In this document: positions 30,248-40,891 of the stretch, piece by piece | Layout: every line of letters starts with the position of its first letter | Position numbering within the stretch: the stretch's first letter is position 1 | NCBI GenBank assembly: GCA_046350735.1 | Contig: JAXLZU010000001.1 | Coordinates: 12,530-76,529, forward strand | Direction: 5' to 3' | From: Candidatus Saccharimonadota bacterium | GTDB lineage: Bacteria; Patescibacteriota; Saccharimonadia; CAILAD01; BJGX01 | Length of the DNA stretch: 64,000 nucleotides | Notes under the pieces: generated by a model | Seen by the model: the letters and a program-made list of their open reading frames with translations, nothing else | What the model was told of the DNA's origin: nothing | Database searches by the model: none | Translations under genes and position numbers: made by a program

Positions 30248-31111
30248 ATGACAGAAAATCAACCACCCCAATTAACCCCTGGTCAGCGTGAATACGTTAA
30301 TTCAGTAACGCCGCCCAAAAAATCCAAAAACAAGCAATTAAGCACCCAAGCTCATTTGCAATTTTCGGAAATAAAAGATGGGGTAGTAATTATGCGCGAT
30401 GGTAGCTTGCGTATGGTAATTCTATGTAGTCCAACCAACTTCGACCTCAAAAGTCCTGCCGAAAAAGATGCTGTTGAGTTTGCTTTTCAGGGCTTCTTAA
30501 ATGGCCTTCATTTTCCTATTCAAATTGTTATACAATCTCGCCGTATCGACCTCGATGGGTATTTAGAAAAACTCGAGAAAATCCAGAGTGATCAGCCTAA
30601 CCCACTTCTTTCTAGCCTTATGGAAGACTATATCTACAATATTCGTGGTCTTTTAGAAGAAGTGAATATTATGGAGAAAAGATTTTATGTGGTGGTACCA
30701 TACTATGTGGCCGGGGTTAGTAAAGAAAATATTCTTACCAAATTAAAAGGCGTGTTCTCAAATGAAGAAGCAACCCAAACAGTTGGTGAATACGAAAAAC
30801 GTAAAAACGAGCTTGTACAGAGAACGAATCAAGTAGCTCAGGGCTTGGCCCAGGTGGGAGTACGCTCGGTTATTCTTAACACCCAAGAAATAATTGAGTT
30901 ATTCTATAACTCCTATAATATTGATGAGTCACAAAATCAATCGCTGGCTGATGTTTCGCAAATTAATGCACCTGCTGTTACCCGCAAGGGTGGTCCAGCC
31001 ACGCTGCATCCACCTACCCCACAAGAAGCCATGCCAGATGATCTATTTTCGGCGGCGCAAAAACAAGCTATGCAAAATCAGAATCCACAAAATCAAGGAG
31101 TACCACAATAA
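30248..31111 (+). CDS. T4SS-associated protein preceding VirB4
   Basis: STQ.HL.FSEIKDGVVI, NFDLKS..E, FLNGL.FPIQI, KRFYVVVPY. Confidence 0.75.
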   Translation: MTENQPPQLTPGQREYVNSVTPPKKSKNKQLSTQAHLQFSEIKDGVVIMRDGSLRMVILCSPTNFDLKSPAEKDAVEFAFQGFLNGLHFPIQIVIQSRRIDLDGYLEKLEKIQSDQPNPLLSSLMEDYIYNIRGLLEEVNIMEKRFYVVVPYYVAGVSKENILTKLKGVFSNEEATQTVGEYEKRKNELVQRTNQVAQGLAQVGVRSVILNTQEIIELFYNSYNIDESQNQSLADVSQINAPAVTRKGGPATLHPPTPQEAMPDDLFSAAQKQAMQNQNPQNQGVPQ

Positions 31112-32985
31112 TGGCATTCAAAAAAACGGCCCAACCCAAACTTACTCCTGCCCAGCAAGCCCAAATGGCTCGTCAAGAACAGGCTGAGCAAATTTATCGC
31201 CAAGGTGTCGTTACCTTGCGCGACGTTATTGCACCAAGCTCAATAGAGGTAGAAGCTAACTTTATAAAAATTGGTACTCGTTACGCACGTACACTCTTTG
31301 TATATGCATATCCACGAAGTCTGTTTACTGGTTGGCTTAGCCCTGTAATAAATATTGATGAAGTGGTAGATATTAGTCTAAATATCGAACCTGTCGAGAG
31401 TAGGGTGGTACTAGAAAACCTCAAAAAGAAAGTTGGCCAACTAGAAGCTAACTATTCGATTAATGCAGAGAAAGGAAAAGTACGCGACCCAGGACTAGAG
31501 GCAGCAATTTCAGATGCCGAAGAGTTACGAGACAAATTGCAAGTGGGCGAAGATAGATTCTTCCGTCTGGGTGTTTATCTAACTGTCTATGGCAAAAGTT
31601 TGGACGACCTAGACCAGGTGGTAAAAAAAATTGAATCTATTCTAGGTCAAGAACTTATTTATACCAAACCAAGCACTATTCAAATGGAACAAGGTTTTAA
31701 TTCAACCTTACCTATTGGCCTCGATCAACTTAGTATTAATCGCAATATGGATACTGGTGCAATTGGTACAAGCTTTCCGTTTACCACTGCTAATTTAAGT
31801 AACGAAGAGGGAATATTGTATGGCATTAATCGCCACAACAATGGTTTGGTACTGTTTGATCGTTTTAGTCTAGAAAATGCCAATATGGTAGTATTTGCCA
31901 AATCTGGTGCAGGTAAATCATTTGCTGTTAAGCTTGAGGCGTTAAGAAGCTTAATGTTTGGCACAGAAATTATTATTGTCGATCCAGAAAATGAATATAA
32001 GAGCCTTTGTGAGGCAGTGGGTGGCAGCTTCTTACAACTTAGCCTTACTAGTAATACACATGTTAATCCATTTGAACTTCCCCGAACAGTTGACCCAGAA
32101 GAAGCCGATAATGCCTTGCGGGCAAACATTATTATGCTACATGGTCTTTTACGTCTAATGATGGGTGATATGAGTGCAGCCGAAGAATCAGATTTAGATG
32201 TTGCTCTTATTGCCACGTATGCGCAAAAAGGTATTACTAACGACCCGCTCACCCATACTGCCGAGCCACCAGTAATGGCTGATTTGTACAACACTCTCAA
32301 TACTACCGGAGGAAATGGACCAGCTCTCGCCGCCCGCTTGCGTCGCTATACAGAAGGAACGTTTTCTGGCATATTCTCACAGCAAAGTAATGTAGATCTG
32401 AATAATCCATTTGTAGTCTTTAATATTCGTGATCTCGAAGACGAATTGCGACCAATTGGTATGTATATTGTTCTTAATTATATTTGGAACAAAGTAAAAT
32501 CCGAGAAGAAGAAACGTATCTTGATTGTTGATGAAGCCTGGCAACTCATGCAATACCAAGACTCAGCAATGTTTATGTTTTCTATTGCTAAGCGCTGCCG
32601 CAAATACTACCTTGGTCTAACAACAATCAGCCAAGATGTAGAAGACTTCTTAAGTACACGTCTGGGCCGGGCAATTGTAAACAACTCTTCTCTGCAGCTT
32701 TTACTCAAGCAAAACCCCGCCGCAGTCGACATTGTTGCCGATACTTTTAAACTAACTTCTGAAGAGAAGAAGCGCTTAAGCCAATTCCCAGTTGGAGAAG
32801 GACTATTCTTTGCTGGGCTAAGCCATATTATAATGAGAATTATTGCCAGTCCTACCGAAGAACAACTTATTACTACCAATCCTAAGGATTTACTTGAGGC
32901 AGGTAAAATAACACAAGCTGAAGCTGGTCAAATTGCCGAACAATCGACCAATGATCGCAGTATCGAAGTAGATAGCGCAGCATAG
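31111..32985 (+). CDS. virB4: VirB4-like T4SS ATPase
   Basis: AKSGAGKS Walker A, DPENEY, IVDEAW Walker B, RKY.LGLTTISQ. Confidence 0.92.
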   Translation: MAFKKTAQPKLTPAQQAQMARQEQAEQIYRQGVVTLRDVIAPSSIEVEANFIKIGTRYARTLFVYAYPRSLFTGWLSPVINIDEVVDISLNIEPVESRVVLENLKKKVGQLEANYSINAEKGKVRDPGLEAAISDAEELRDKLQVGEDRFFRLGVYLTVYGKSLDDLDQVVKKIESILGQELIYTKPSTIQMEQGFNSTLPIGLDQLSINRNMDTGAIGTSFPFTTANLSNEEGILYGINRHNNGLVLFDRFSLENANMVVFAKSGAGKSFAVKLEALRSLMFGTEIIIVDPENEYKSLCEAVGGSFLQLSLTSNTHVNPFELPRTVDPEEADNALRANIIMLHGLLRLMMGDMSAAEESDLDVALIATYAQKGITNDPLTHTAEPPVMADLYNTLNTTGGNGPALAARLRRYTEGTFSGIFSQQSNVDLNNPFVVFNIRDLEDELRPIGMYIVLNYIWNKVKSEKKKRILIVDEAWQLMQYQDSAMFMFSIAKRCRKYYLGLTTISQDVEDFLSTRLGRAIVNNSSLQLLLKQNPAAVDIVADTFKLTSEEKKRLSQFPVGEGLFFAGLSHIIMRIIASPTEEQLITTNPKDLLEAGKITQAEAGQIAEQSTNDRSIEVDSAA

Positions 32986-33051
32986 TAAAACCACCTGCAT
33001 ATCTGGTACAATAATACATAGTCTTAGTAACCATAAGAGCTTTGTTTTGCA

Positions 33052-36000
33052 ATGGCAGATAGTTTTGGACCAGATAATTTACCAGATGAAGAGGTAAGTA
33101 AAAAGGTATCTTCGGATTCCGGATTTAGTGCACCAGGTGATTTTGGCGACTTACCCGTATCACCAGTTGGTAATAAATCGGGTAGTAGTCAAAAAAATCG
33201 TATGGGTTATAATGCCGATTCACTCCCTGGAAATGATAAGGTGCCCGGTGGATACAGTAATCTTGCTAATGCTGCCAGTGGCGAAGGAAGTGCGAGTGAT
33301 AAAGCCCAAGAAGCTGGCAGGCAGGCTCTAAAGTCTGCAGCAACTGGAGGTGAGGGTGGCTTACCAGGTGGTGCCGGAAAAGTTCCAGGCTTGGGTGGTA
33401 GTGGCCCAGTTACAAAAGGTGACAAAGAAGCTGAAGCAAAAAAAGGCAATACTGAAAAGAACGTTGATGCCGCAGCAGTGGCAGCAGCTAGCTATTTTGG
33501 TACGCCCGCAGCAGGTGCGGCTGTTGAAAAACTTGGTGGTGTTCGGGGAATCACCAAGAAAGTTGGTGTTATTTCTCTCATACTTCTTGTTCCTTTTGTT
33601 CTGTTAGGTTTTCTAGTTGCATATATTATTAGTAATCCCTGGGAAGCCCTCCAGCATGTTCTTCTCGACAAAAAAACTCGTGAGTTTACCTTACAAGTAG
33701 CTGATAATTGGTCTCAAAATAACGGGTTAGTAAATGGTGCAGTAAAAGTTTCTCAAAAATTAAATGAATTTACATATACTCCAGATGGTAATCACGTAAT
33801 TGCTGCCAATCAAGTGACTAAGCCAGAGCCAGGATCTATAGAGGAAAAGTTTGAGAAAATAGATTGGGCTAAATCACAGTATCAAACATTGCCAAGAAAC
33901 GACTGCCGTTATGATTTTGAGCTACAGCAAGTAATAGGTAGTGATGGAAAGCCCCGTAGTATACCAAAATCTGTACTCGATAAACAAACTGGTAAAACAA
34001 CACCTGTAGATCAGCTTAACAGTAACACTGAGGCTGGATACTGTATTGCGCAGAAATACCCTATATACAATCTTATGTGGCGTCAGCCTATGGCGAGAGA
34101 TATAAATAAAAAAGCTAACCTATATCTTAGCTATGCAGCAAATAAAGATTCAAAAGATGTAAATGGTAGTAATTCTGAAGTCGAAAAATATGTTTATGAC
34201 AAAACTCTCAAGAGAATAACTCCTGTTCCAAAAGATTCGCTAGATTTTGGACCATTCGTTGAGGATATTAATGCGATAGAAAGACAATATGCCTATGAGG
34301 TAAAGATCTGGAATGACGCACATCCAAATGACCTAATACCTTTTGATGAGAGTAAACGTGATATTCCAAAAGGTATGCAAAGAATGTATGACGATATGAA
34401 GAACGGCAAAAGTCCCTATGATATTAATATTGCCGACTATATAAATGTCCCTACTAAAGACACCGCCAATGGTTCTGCCGTAGTTCCGACTGGTATAGCA
34501 ATTAGTATATGTCCATATGTTTTTGCATTTATGGATACAGGAAATAGTGATCCAAATAGAGCCACTGCTGCTGCACATAATGCCCGCCTTGCTATTGAAA
34601 GTCGGTTAAATGGGGCGGAAAGAAGTAGTGCAAAAACACTTACCCTTACAGATACTCGTAAGGCAAATGCACTCAACACTAATGAGAGCAATGTAACAAT
34701 TCAACAAAACGATAATTGGGCCTCTTCAACCGCTTATCAATTGGATGTATATAACCAGCTAAGAGGAAACCAAATGAACCCAGAGGGCACTCATAATCGT
34801 GCATATAACGTACCATTAAATTTAGATAGTGGTCCTATGAATGTTATAAAAAGAGCATGTCCATTGATTGCGGCAGCAGGTAAAGAAACGGGTTCTGGTA
34901 ATTTCTTAGGAAGTATTTTCTCGACACTTACAGGTCTTTTTGGTTCTCTTACGCAGGAAACCGGACAAGACGGTAATCAAATTATGATAAATGGCTATAC
35001 TGATCTAAAAACACAAATCTTAAATAATTCACAAGGTGTATTTAGTAGTACAAGCAGTTTTGGTTTGGAACAAATTATGACTTCATATGTAAGAACTGGT
35101 TCTTCAACCTCGGTGAGCGGTCTCGAGCCTGGCCCTAATAATTATAATCGTCAAAGTATGGGTTTACGTCAATTAATGAACGATTACACACTCGGAATTG
35201 GCGGAAGATTTTTAACCCCTTACGAATCAAGAGATTTAGCGCTGAGAGCAGATAATATCGACAGCAAACTACAAAAAAATAATGGTATTGCTTATAGACT
35301 ATTCAATACAGCTAATATCCATTCATTGGCAAGTATTATTATACAAAATACAACTACGCCCAATACTGCAAAAACCGCAATGATAGGAGGTTTTAAATCA
35401 ATTCTAGATCCGTTATGGTCTCTAGCAGATATTCATAGTGGTGTCTTATTCTACGCAACCGGAGAAAAAAACAATGCCTTAGCAGCAGATATTACAGGAG
35501 ATCAGTATTTTAAGATTGAAACAGCCGGCTTTACACCACAAGAGCTTGCATTAGATCCAATCGATAACGCTCACATTATTGAAGCGGTTAAAAAAAGTAA
35601 TGACGAAAATCAAAAACGGAAATTTTCTCACTATGATCAATGCTTTAAAGCAAAAATTCCAACAGCGTTATATTTTGAAATTAAAGAAAGAGAAGTTAGG
35701 GATGATAAAGGTACCCTTACTGGCTATAAGAGATATTTCACTTATTATCCAGATAAATCTGTCGATCTTAATCTAGATAAACAACCTATAAATGATTCTC
35801 CAGATTCAGAATTTAATAAATTTAATGACTGTAAATTTCTTCTACAGGAAGCTAAAGACCTAAACAACCCTAATCAGTTACTCGCAATTCGATATCGTCT
35901 CTATAACTATTACAATACCCAATTAGATTATTTAGGTAAGCTTAGTAGCGACCAGAGCGACACAAGTATCTATGCTGGCAGCTCGGGTGGTAGTGGGTCA

Positions 36001-36447
36001 CTAGAAAATAATGGGCAGTCATCTACCAATTTTATTTGGCCTGTAGAAGAGCCTTATGGTATTAGTCGTTGTACTAAAGGACATGGCTTTCCTGCAGTTG
36101 ATATTTATTTTCCAGGCAAAGAAACTGCTAAGATTTATGCAGTCGCCGATGGTGAGGTGGCCGCAATTCGACCAGTAGAAGGGAGTGGTGGATATGGTAA
36201 TTTTGTAATACTTAAGCATAAAGATGGGCTCTACACTGCATATGCCCATAATAAAGAAATACTTGTTAAAAATGTTGGTGACCTAGTTAAGCAAGGAGAT
36301 GTTATTGCTATCGGAGATAATACAGGAAAATCTACAGGGCCACACTTACATTTTGAGGTACGAAAAGACGGTGTAGAGGGAGCAAAACAAAACCCCGCAG
36401 ACTATCTACCAGACAAGGCAAATATTAGGAGTATCTGTAGTCAATGA
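33052..36447 (+). CDS. large membrane-anchored protein with C-terminal M23 peptidase
   Basis: One TM near aa 172-192; H..PAVDI, GYGNFV, YAHN, TGKSTGPHLHFEV. Confidence 0.85.
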   Translation: MADSFGPDNLPDEEVSKKVSSDSGFSAPGDFGDLPVSPVGNKSGSSQKNRMGYNADSLPGNDKVPGGYSNLANAASGEGSASDKAQEAGRQALKSAATGGEGGLPGGAGKVPGLGGSGPVTKGDKEAEAKKGNTEKNVDAAAVAAASYFGTPAAGAAVEKLGGVRGITKKVGVISLILLVPFVLLGFLVAYIISNPWEALQHVLLDKKTREFTLQVADNWSQNNGLVNGAVKVSQKLNEFTYTPDGNHVIAANQVTKPEPGSIEEKFEKIDWAKSQYQTLPRNDCRYDFELQQVIGSDGKPRSIPKSVLDKQTGKTTPVDQLNSNTEAGYCIAQKYPIYNLMWRQPMARDINKKANLYLSYAANKDSKDVNGSNSEVEKYVYDKTLKRITPVPKDSLDFGPFVEDINAIERQYAYEVKIWNDAHPNDLIPFDESKRDIPKGMQRMYDDMKNGKSPYDINIADYINVPTKDTANGSAVVPTGIAISICPYVFAFMDTGNSDPNRATAAAHNARLAIESRLNGAERSSAKTLTLTDTRKANALNTNESNVTIQQNDNWASSTAYQLDVYNQLRGNQMNPEGTHNRAYNVPLNLDSGPMNVIKRACPLIAAAGKETGSGNFLGSIFSTLTGLFGSLTQETGQDGNQIMINGYTDLKTQILNNSQGVFSSTSSFGLEQIMTSYVRTGSSTSVSGLEPGPNNYNRQSMGLRQLMNDYTLGIGGRFLTPYESRDLALRADNIDSKLQKNNGIAYRLFNTANIHSLASIIIQNTTTPNTAKTAMIGGFKSILDPLWSLADIHSGVLFYATGEKNNALAADITGDQYFKIETAGFTPQELALDPIDNAHIIEAVKKSNDENQKRKFSHYDQCFKAKIPTALYFEIKEREVRDDKGTLTGYKRYFTYYPDKSVDLNLDKQPINDSPDSEFNKFNDCKFLLQEAKDLNNPNQLLAIRYRLYNYYNTQLDYLGKLSSDQSDTSIYAGSSGGSGSLENNGQSSTNFIWPVEEPYGISRCTKGHGFPAVDIYFPGKETAKIYAVADGEVAAIRPVEGSGGYGNFVILKHKDGLYTAYAHNKEILVKNVGDLVKQGDVIAIGDNTGKSTGPHLHFEVRKDGVEGAKQNPADYLPDKANIRSICSQ

Positions 36448-37433
36448 TGAAGAATCGAACAATACTATTTGTAGTAATCGCCGTTTTAGGGATTTTAGTT
36501 TTTGGTATAACTATTACATTTATACTCTCTTTACAATCATTACCGTTACTAAAACCAGAACTGGTTGCACAGAATGCCGGTATATTATCTGTAGTTAATG
36601 ATGAACCGTTTTTAATTAATAGTAATAAACTCTATAAAATAGAGGCATCTCAACTCACTTTAAAAAAAGAATTCGCAAATGATAGTCAGTTAGAATTAAA
36701 TCCATTTGGTAAATATATTACTGAAAAAAGACCTAACTTAAAAACGGTTTATACAATTGATAATTTTCAATCAATTCAACAAAATACTGGTAGATTCTTT
36801 GCATGGTTAACAAGTGATAGCTACTTAATTACTAATGCCACCAATTCAACCGAGGGAACAGATGCTGGTGAGCTTACAGAAACCGCCTTTGAAGGAACAG
36901 TGTTAAATAGTCAAAAGAAGAATTTATTTACAAGTAATTTTATTATTTACATGCTACTTGCACATGATTCATATATAGATATCGCGCAAATAGATGAAGA
37001 GGATAATTATGATAATCTAATAGTTAATCAGTTTACCTATAAAGATGGGTTACAAAAGATTAGTAATAAAAGAAATTTTGGCTATAAACCCTTTATAAAA
37101 TTTGGATTTAGTTTAATACAAGAAAATACTGCTTCAAGAGATATTTTCTTGTTAAAAGATAAACAATTGAATCAATTAAAGATAAGTAATAGTGTTAACA
37201 TACAGGCTGTATCAGCGATTAATAATTCTACACTTATATATTTTGACAAAGATAGTAAAGAAGATAAGATATTTCTTTATACATACAATATAAACAACCA
37301 GGAATCAAAGAAAATCGCAAAACTACCAGTTGAATTCACACAAATCACAAGTTTAGCAGTTAACTCCCAATATATTTATATTAATTGTAAGCAAGGAATC
37401 TATAAAATTAGCATTAAGGATATAAATGGGTAA
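36444..37433 (+). CDS. hypothetical membrane-anchored beta-rich protein
   Basis: N-terminal TM, AT-rich, ATGA-coupled to the M23 gene. Confidence 0.7.
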   Translation: MMKNRTILFVVIAVLGILVFGITITFILSLQSLPLLKPELVAQNAGILSVVNDEPFLINSNKLYKIEASQLTLKKEFANDSQLELNPFGKYITEKRPNLKTVYTIDNFQSIQQNTGRFFAWLTSDSYLITNATNSTEGTDAGELTETAFEGTVLNSQKKNLFTSNFIIYMLLAHDSYIDIAQIDEEDNYDNLIVNQFTYKDGLQKISNKRNFGYKPFIKFGFSLIQENTASRDIFLLKDKQLNQLKISNSVNIQAVSAINNSTLIYFDKDSKEDKIFLYTYNINNQESKKIAKLPVEFTQITSLAVNSQYIYINCKQGIYKISIKDING

Positions 37434-39867
37434 GTTTAAACACATAACTACAATCTTATTAATAGTTTTCTCTACTCTATTACCTTTTCAAGCCTTGGCT
37501 TTTACACCACAGCAAAGATTTGAGATAGAGAGGACACCACAGTTTGACCCAACCGACGTACCATGCGGAACAACTACTATTACTACCTCTGTTAGCTCTA
37601 CACTACCCAATGATTTACCTGAGCCAGTAAGAACAATGATAACTAAAGCCGCCAATAGTCAGCAGACTGATCCACTCGCATTAATGGCACTATTTATGGT
37701 AGAAAATGGTATTCAAGATTACAGGAAGGCAAATATTAAAGGCTCTAACCCTGAAGACTACAACAAAGGCTGGCCAACAAGTAGTGCGGGTGCCCAAGGA
37801 CCATTTCAATTTTTACCTAGTTCTTTTCCAAAAGATGCAGGAGATATTAATAATTTTCAAGACGCTGCCAATGCCGCTGCGAAGGTATTTTTGAAAGATA
37901 TTGCTCAAATACCAGCCAGTGGAGCAAAGGAAGGCGAATTGGCAGCAAAAGAAAAGGGTACTCTTAGCTACTTATTTGGTGCATACAACGGTGGCCCCGG
38001 CTATAGTCCTGGTAGCGTGCAGGGCTACGTTACACTTGCTTTAAAGCATTATAAAGAACTACAAGCAGGGAGCTCGGGAAGTGGTGGTGCAGGTAGTGGC
38101 ACAATCCCGGCCCAGACTACTCACAAAGATAACCCCTTACTTCCTGCGGCACATGCTGAAGAAACTCAACCAACCACAGTAGATAATAAACCAGCTCCTG
38201 GTAAAGTCTTTGTAATTGGTGACTCAATAACATTTCAATCTAAAGCAAACATACTTGCTAAGTTTGCGGCTGTCGGTTATACCGATGTAGAAGTGGATGG
38301 TTTAAGTAGTAGAGGATTAACTGGGGGAGGACCAAGCCCAACTGGTTTAGAAGTTATAAATTCGAGTACAGAAAAAATTAAAGCTTCTAAGGCGGTAGTT
38401 ATTGCACTAGGGACAAATGCCTATAATGTAACTACATTTGGTAACGATATAAAAACTGCAATTGGTGCTGTGAAGGCTGCCAACCCAGAGGCTAAAATCT
38501 ACTGGGTTGATGTGGCAGGTAGATTTCAAGACAAGCCATCTTTGGCTAGTATATATCAAAATATTAATAAGGCAATTTATGATAATAAAGCTGAGGGATA
38601 TTCAGTTATTTCTTGGTTTAAAACTGTATATCCGCAAGGCGATCCGACAGACATTAAGCCTGGTTTAGTAGATACTAATAATCTAATAACTAACTCAGAT
38701 GGATTAGCTGTTCATCCAACTAGTCCTGCAGGCCAAGATGCCTTTGGTGCGGTTATTGCAGAAAATGTTTCTAATGGTGGCGGGAGTGCAGTCGGTGTAC
38801 AAAAATCTAATGATTGTAATAAAAATGGTGCTCAGGGAGTTGGAACTTGTGTGGATGATGGCCGATTATTTACCATTAATGTAAGTGATGAAGAACTTGG
38901 CAAAGTTATAGATGACTATGCTAAATCTAAAGGCTTGGGCGATGCACCACTTGCTAACTTAGGTGCAAAGTTTGTATCTGGAGCAAAGCGAGCTGGTGTT
39001 AACCCATTCTTACTTGTACAAATTGCTATACAAGAATCAAGTTACGGTAAAGCTATACCAGATAATAGTTACAACTCTTTTGGCAGAACAGCCACCGCAT
39101 CACAACCTAACGTTACAGCAAATGGCCGCCTCTGGTATAAATATGATTCATTTTCTGACAGCTTAGATGGAGGTGGAATTAAAGATGATCAACCAACTTA
39201 TGTAAAAAAAGTGTATTTAGATGAAGGTAAAATTACTATTAGTGATATTATTATGAAATATGCACCACCTGGTGATGGCGGTAATAATCCAGAACAATAC
39301 ATTGCAGGTATAAAGAAAACTATTCAAGAACTTGTAACAGCTTCTGGGGATAAGATATCTTGTGGAGAATCCACTTCATCAGCTAGTGCTGATCAAGATA
39401 CATCAAATATTCCATGTCCAACAATTCCTGGTATTAGTGAGGTTGGTATAGAACAAGATAAGGGCCCCGGGGGTGTGGATACCGTTAAGATTATGGTTTG
39501 TAATGTAGACGGAATACAAGTAAATACTACAATAGCCTCTAAATTAAAGGAATTACTCAATGCTGCAAAAGCAGATGGAGTAATATTTGGTGGTGGTGGC
39601 TTTAGATCATTCCAGCGTCAAGTTGAATTACGTACTATTAATGGGTGCCCAGATGTCTACACTGCACCAGCTAGTTCTTGCAGAGTGCCTACTGCAATAC
39701 CAGGAACATCAATGCATGAAGTAGGTTTAGCGATCGATTTTACTCAGAATGGTAGCACACTAAGTAAAGGGTCGTCGGGTTATAATTGGTTAAAGACGAA
39801 TGCAGATAAATATGGCTTTAAAAATTTACCAAGCGAACCTTGGCATTGGTCGATAAATGGGAAATAA
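37426..39867 (+). CDS. secreted multidomain peptidoglycan hydrolase (SLT-like + SGNH + glucosaminidase-like + M15)
   Basis: MVE..SSAGAQGPFQF..AYNGG; IGDSI..ALGTN..VHP; IAIQESSYG..NSFG..KYAP; FRSFQRQ..SMHEVGLAID..EPWHW. Confidence 0.82.
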   Translation: MGKFKHITTILLIVFSTLLPFQALAFTPQQRFEIERTPQFDPTDVPCGTTTITTSVSSTLPNDLPEPVRTMITKAANSQQTDPLALMALFMVENGIQDYRKANIKGSNPEDYNKGWPTSSAGAQGPFQFLPSSFPKDAGDINNFQDAANAAAKVFLKDIAQIPASGAKEGELAAKEKGTLSYLFGAYNGGPGYSPGSVQGYVTLALKHYKELQAGSSGSGGAGSGTIPAQTTHKDNPLLPAAHAEETQPTTVDNKPAPGKVFVIGDSITFQSKANILAKFAAVGYTDVEVDGLSSRGLTGGGPSPTGLEVINSSTEKIKASKAVVIALGTNAYNVTTFGNDIKTAIGAVKAANPEAKIYWVDVAGRFQDKPSLASIYQNINKAIYDNKAEGYSVISWFKTVYPQGDPTDIKPGLVDTNNLITNSDGLAVHPTSPAGQDAFGAVIAENVSNGGGSAVGVQKSNDCNKNGAQGVGTCVDDGRLFTINVSDEELGKVIDDYAKSKGLGDAPLANLGAKFVSGAKRAGVNPFLLVQIAIQESSYGKAIPDNSYNSFGRTATASQPNVTANGRLWYKYDSFSDSLDGGGIKDDQPTYVKKVYLDEGKITISDIIMKYAPPGDGGNNPEQYIAGIKKTIQELVTASGDKISCGESTSSASADQDTSNIPCPTIPGISEVGIEQDKGPGGVDTVKIMVCNVDGIQVNTTIASKLKELLNAAKADGVIFGGGGFRSFQRQVELRTINGCPDVYTAPASSCRVPTAIPGTSMHEVGLAIDFTQNGSTLSKGSSGYNWLKTNADKYGFKNLPSEPWHWSINGK

Positions 39868-40891
39868 TATGATTACTAAAAAAAATATCTTTCTCCTTAT
39901 TTTAATCATTATCATTACGGTAATCACTATAATAATCGTTATCTTTGTTGTAGGGTCAAATAATACAAAGGTCACGCTTATTTCAAAGGATAAATTAGAC
40001 CAATCGCAACAAATAATTGCAAGTGATAATGCGGTTTTTTATATTTCTGAAGATGGATATTTAAAGAAAATTACCAATTCTACTGTGTCTACTATTAGTT
40101 CTATTAATACAAATTTTTCTCCGAAAATTAGCTATAGTGGTGAAAATATTAGCTATATAAATCCTACTACTCGAGAGCTTACTGTTTATAGAACAGATCA
40201 GCAGGGAACAGAAAATACCCCTTTATTAAAAATTGATAGAGTGGCTTTTACACAATGGCAGGACAATAATAACCTTATACTAGTACAACTTAAACCAGGT
40301 GATTCTAATTTTGGTGAGTATTTTAACACAGAAGATGTCCGCCCAAATATACAAGGGTCATTAGTGCGTGTAAATGTATTAACAAAAAATACAGAATTGC
40401 TTGGGGGGATTAATCTTCAAGAACTTTTATTGTCTAATACTAATTACGTTTTATTTACTACAAAAGAAACCGACACACTACTTCAAATTAATAAGTTTGA
40501 TATAACTTCAAAACGAGTGACAGAGGTTACTAAGCAAGCAATTACACAAGTAAAAATTATTAATAATAACAATGTTTTAATAAAATCACCTGTAGATAAT
40601 TTTCCAAAATTAATACAAGGGGCATCAGTTCAGAATATTGATATTTCAACAAATACCAACCTAATTACTGGGTTAAACAACCAATCAATTCAGTCGCTTT
40701 TCTTTATTTCTAGAGAGGGAGATGATAATCTCTTTAATAAATATAATTTATCAAAATCAACACAGAATGTATTACAAAGGATCGATCCAGTTATTACTAA
40801 TCCAATAAATACCGTTATTTTACCTAAGCAACTCATTATTTTTTCTCAAGATGGGGTATATGTAATTAACAACAATAAGGTAACAGAATGA
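39857..40891 (+). CDS. hypothetical membrane-anchored beta-rich protein
   Basis: N-terminal TM; similar size and layout to 36444-37433. Confidence 0.7.
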   Translation: MGNNMITKKNIFLLILIIIITVITIIIVIFVVGSNNTKVTLISKDKLDQSQQIIASDNAVFYISEDGYLKKITNSTVSTISSINTNFSPKISYSGENISYINPTTRELTVYRTDQQGTENTPLLKIDRVAFTQWQDNNNLILVQLKPGDSNFGEYFNTEDVRPNIQGSLVRVNVLTKNTELLGGINLQELLLSNTNYVLFTTKETDTLLQINKFDITSKRVTEVTKQAITQVKIINNNNVLIKSPVDNFPKLIQGASVQNIDISTNTNLITGLNNQSIQSLFFISREGDDNLFNKYNLSKSTQNVLQRIDPVITNPINTVILPKQLIIFSQDGVYVINNNKVTE

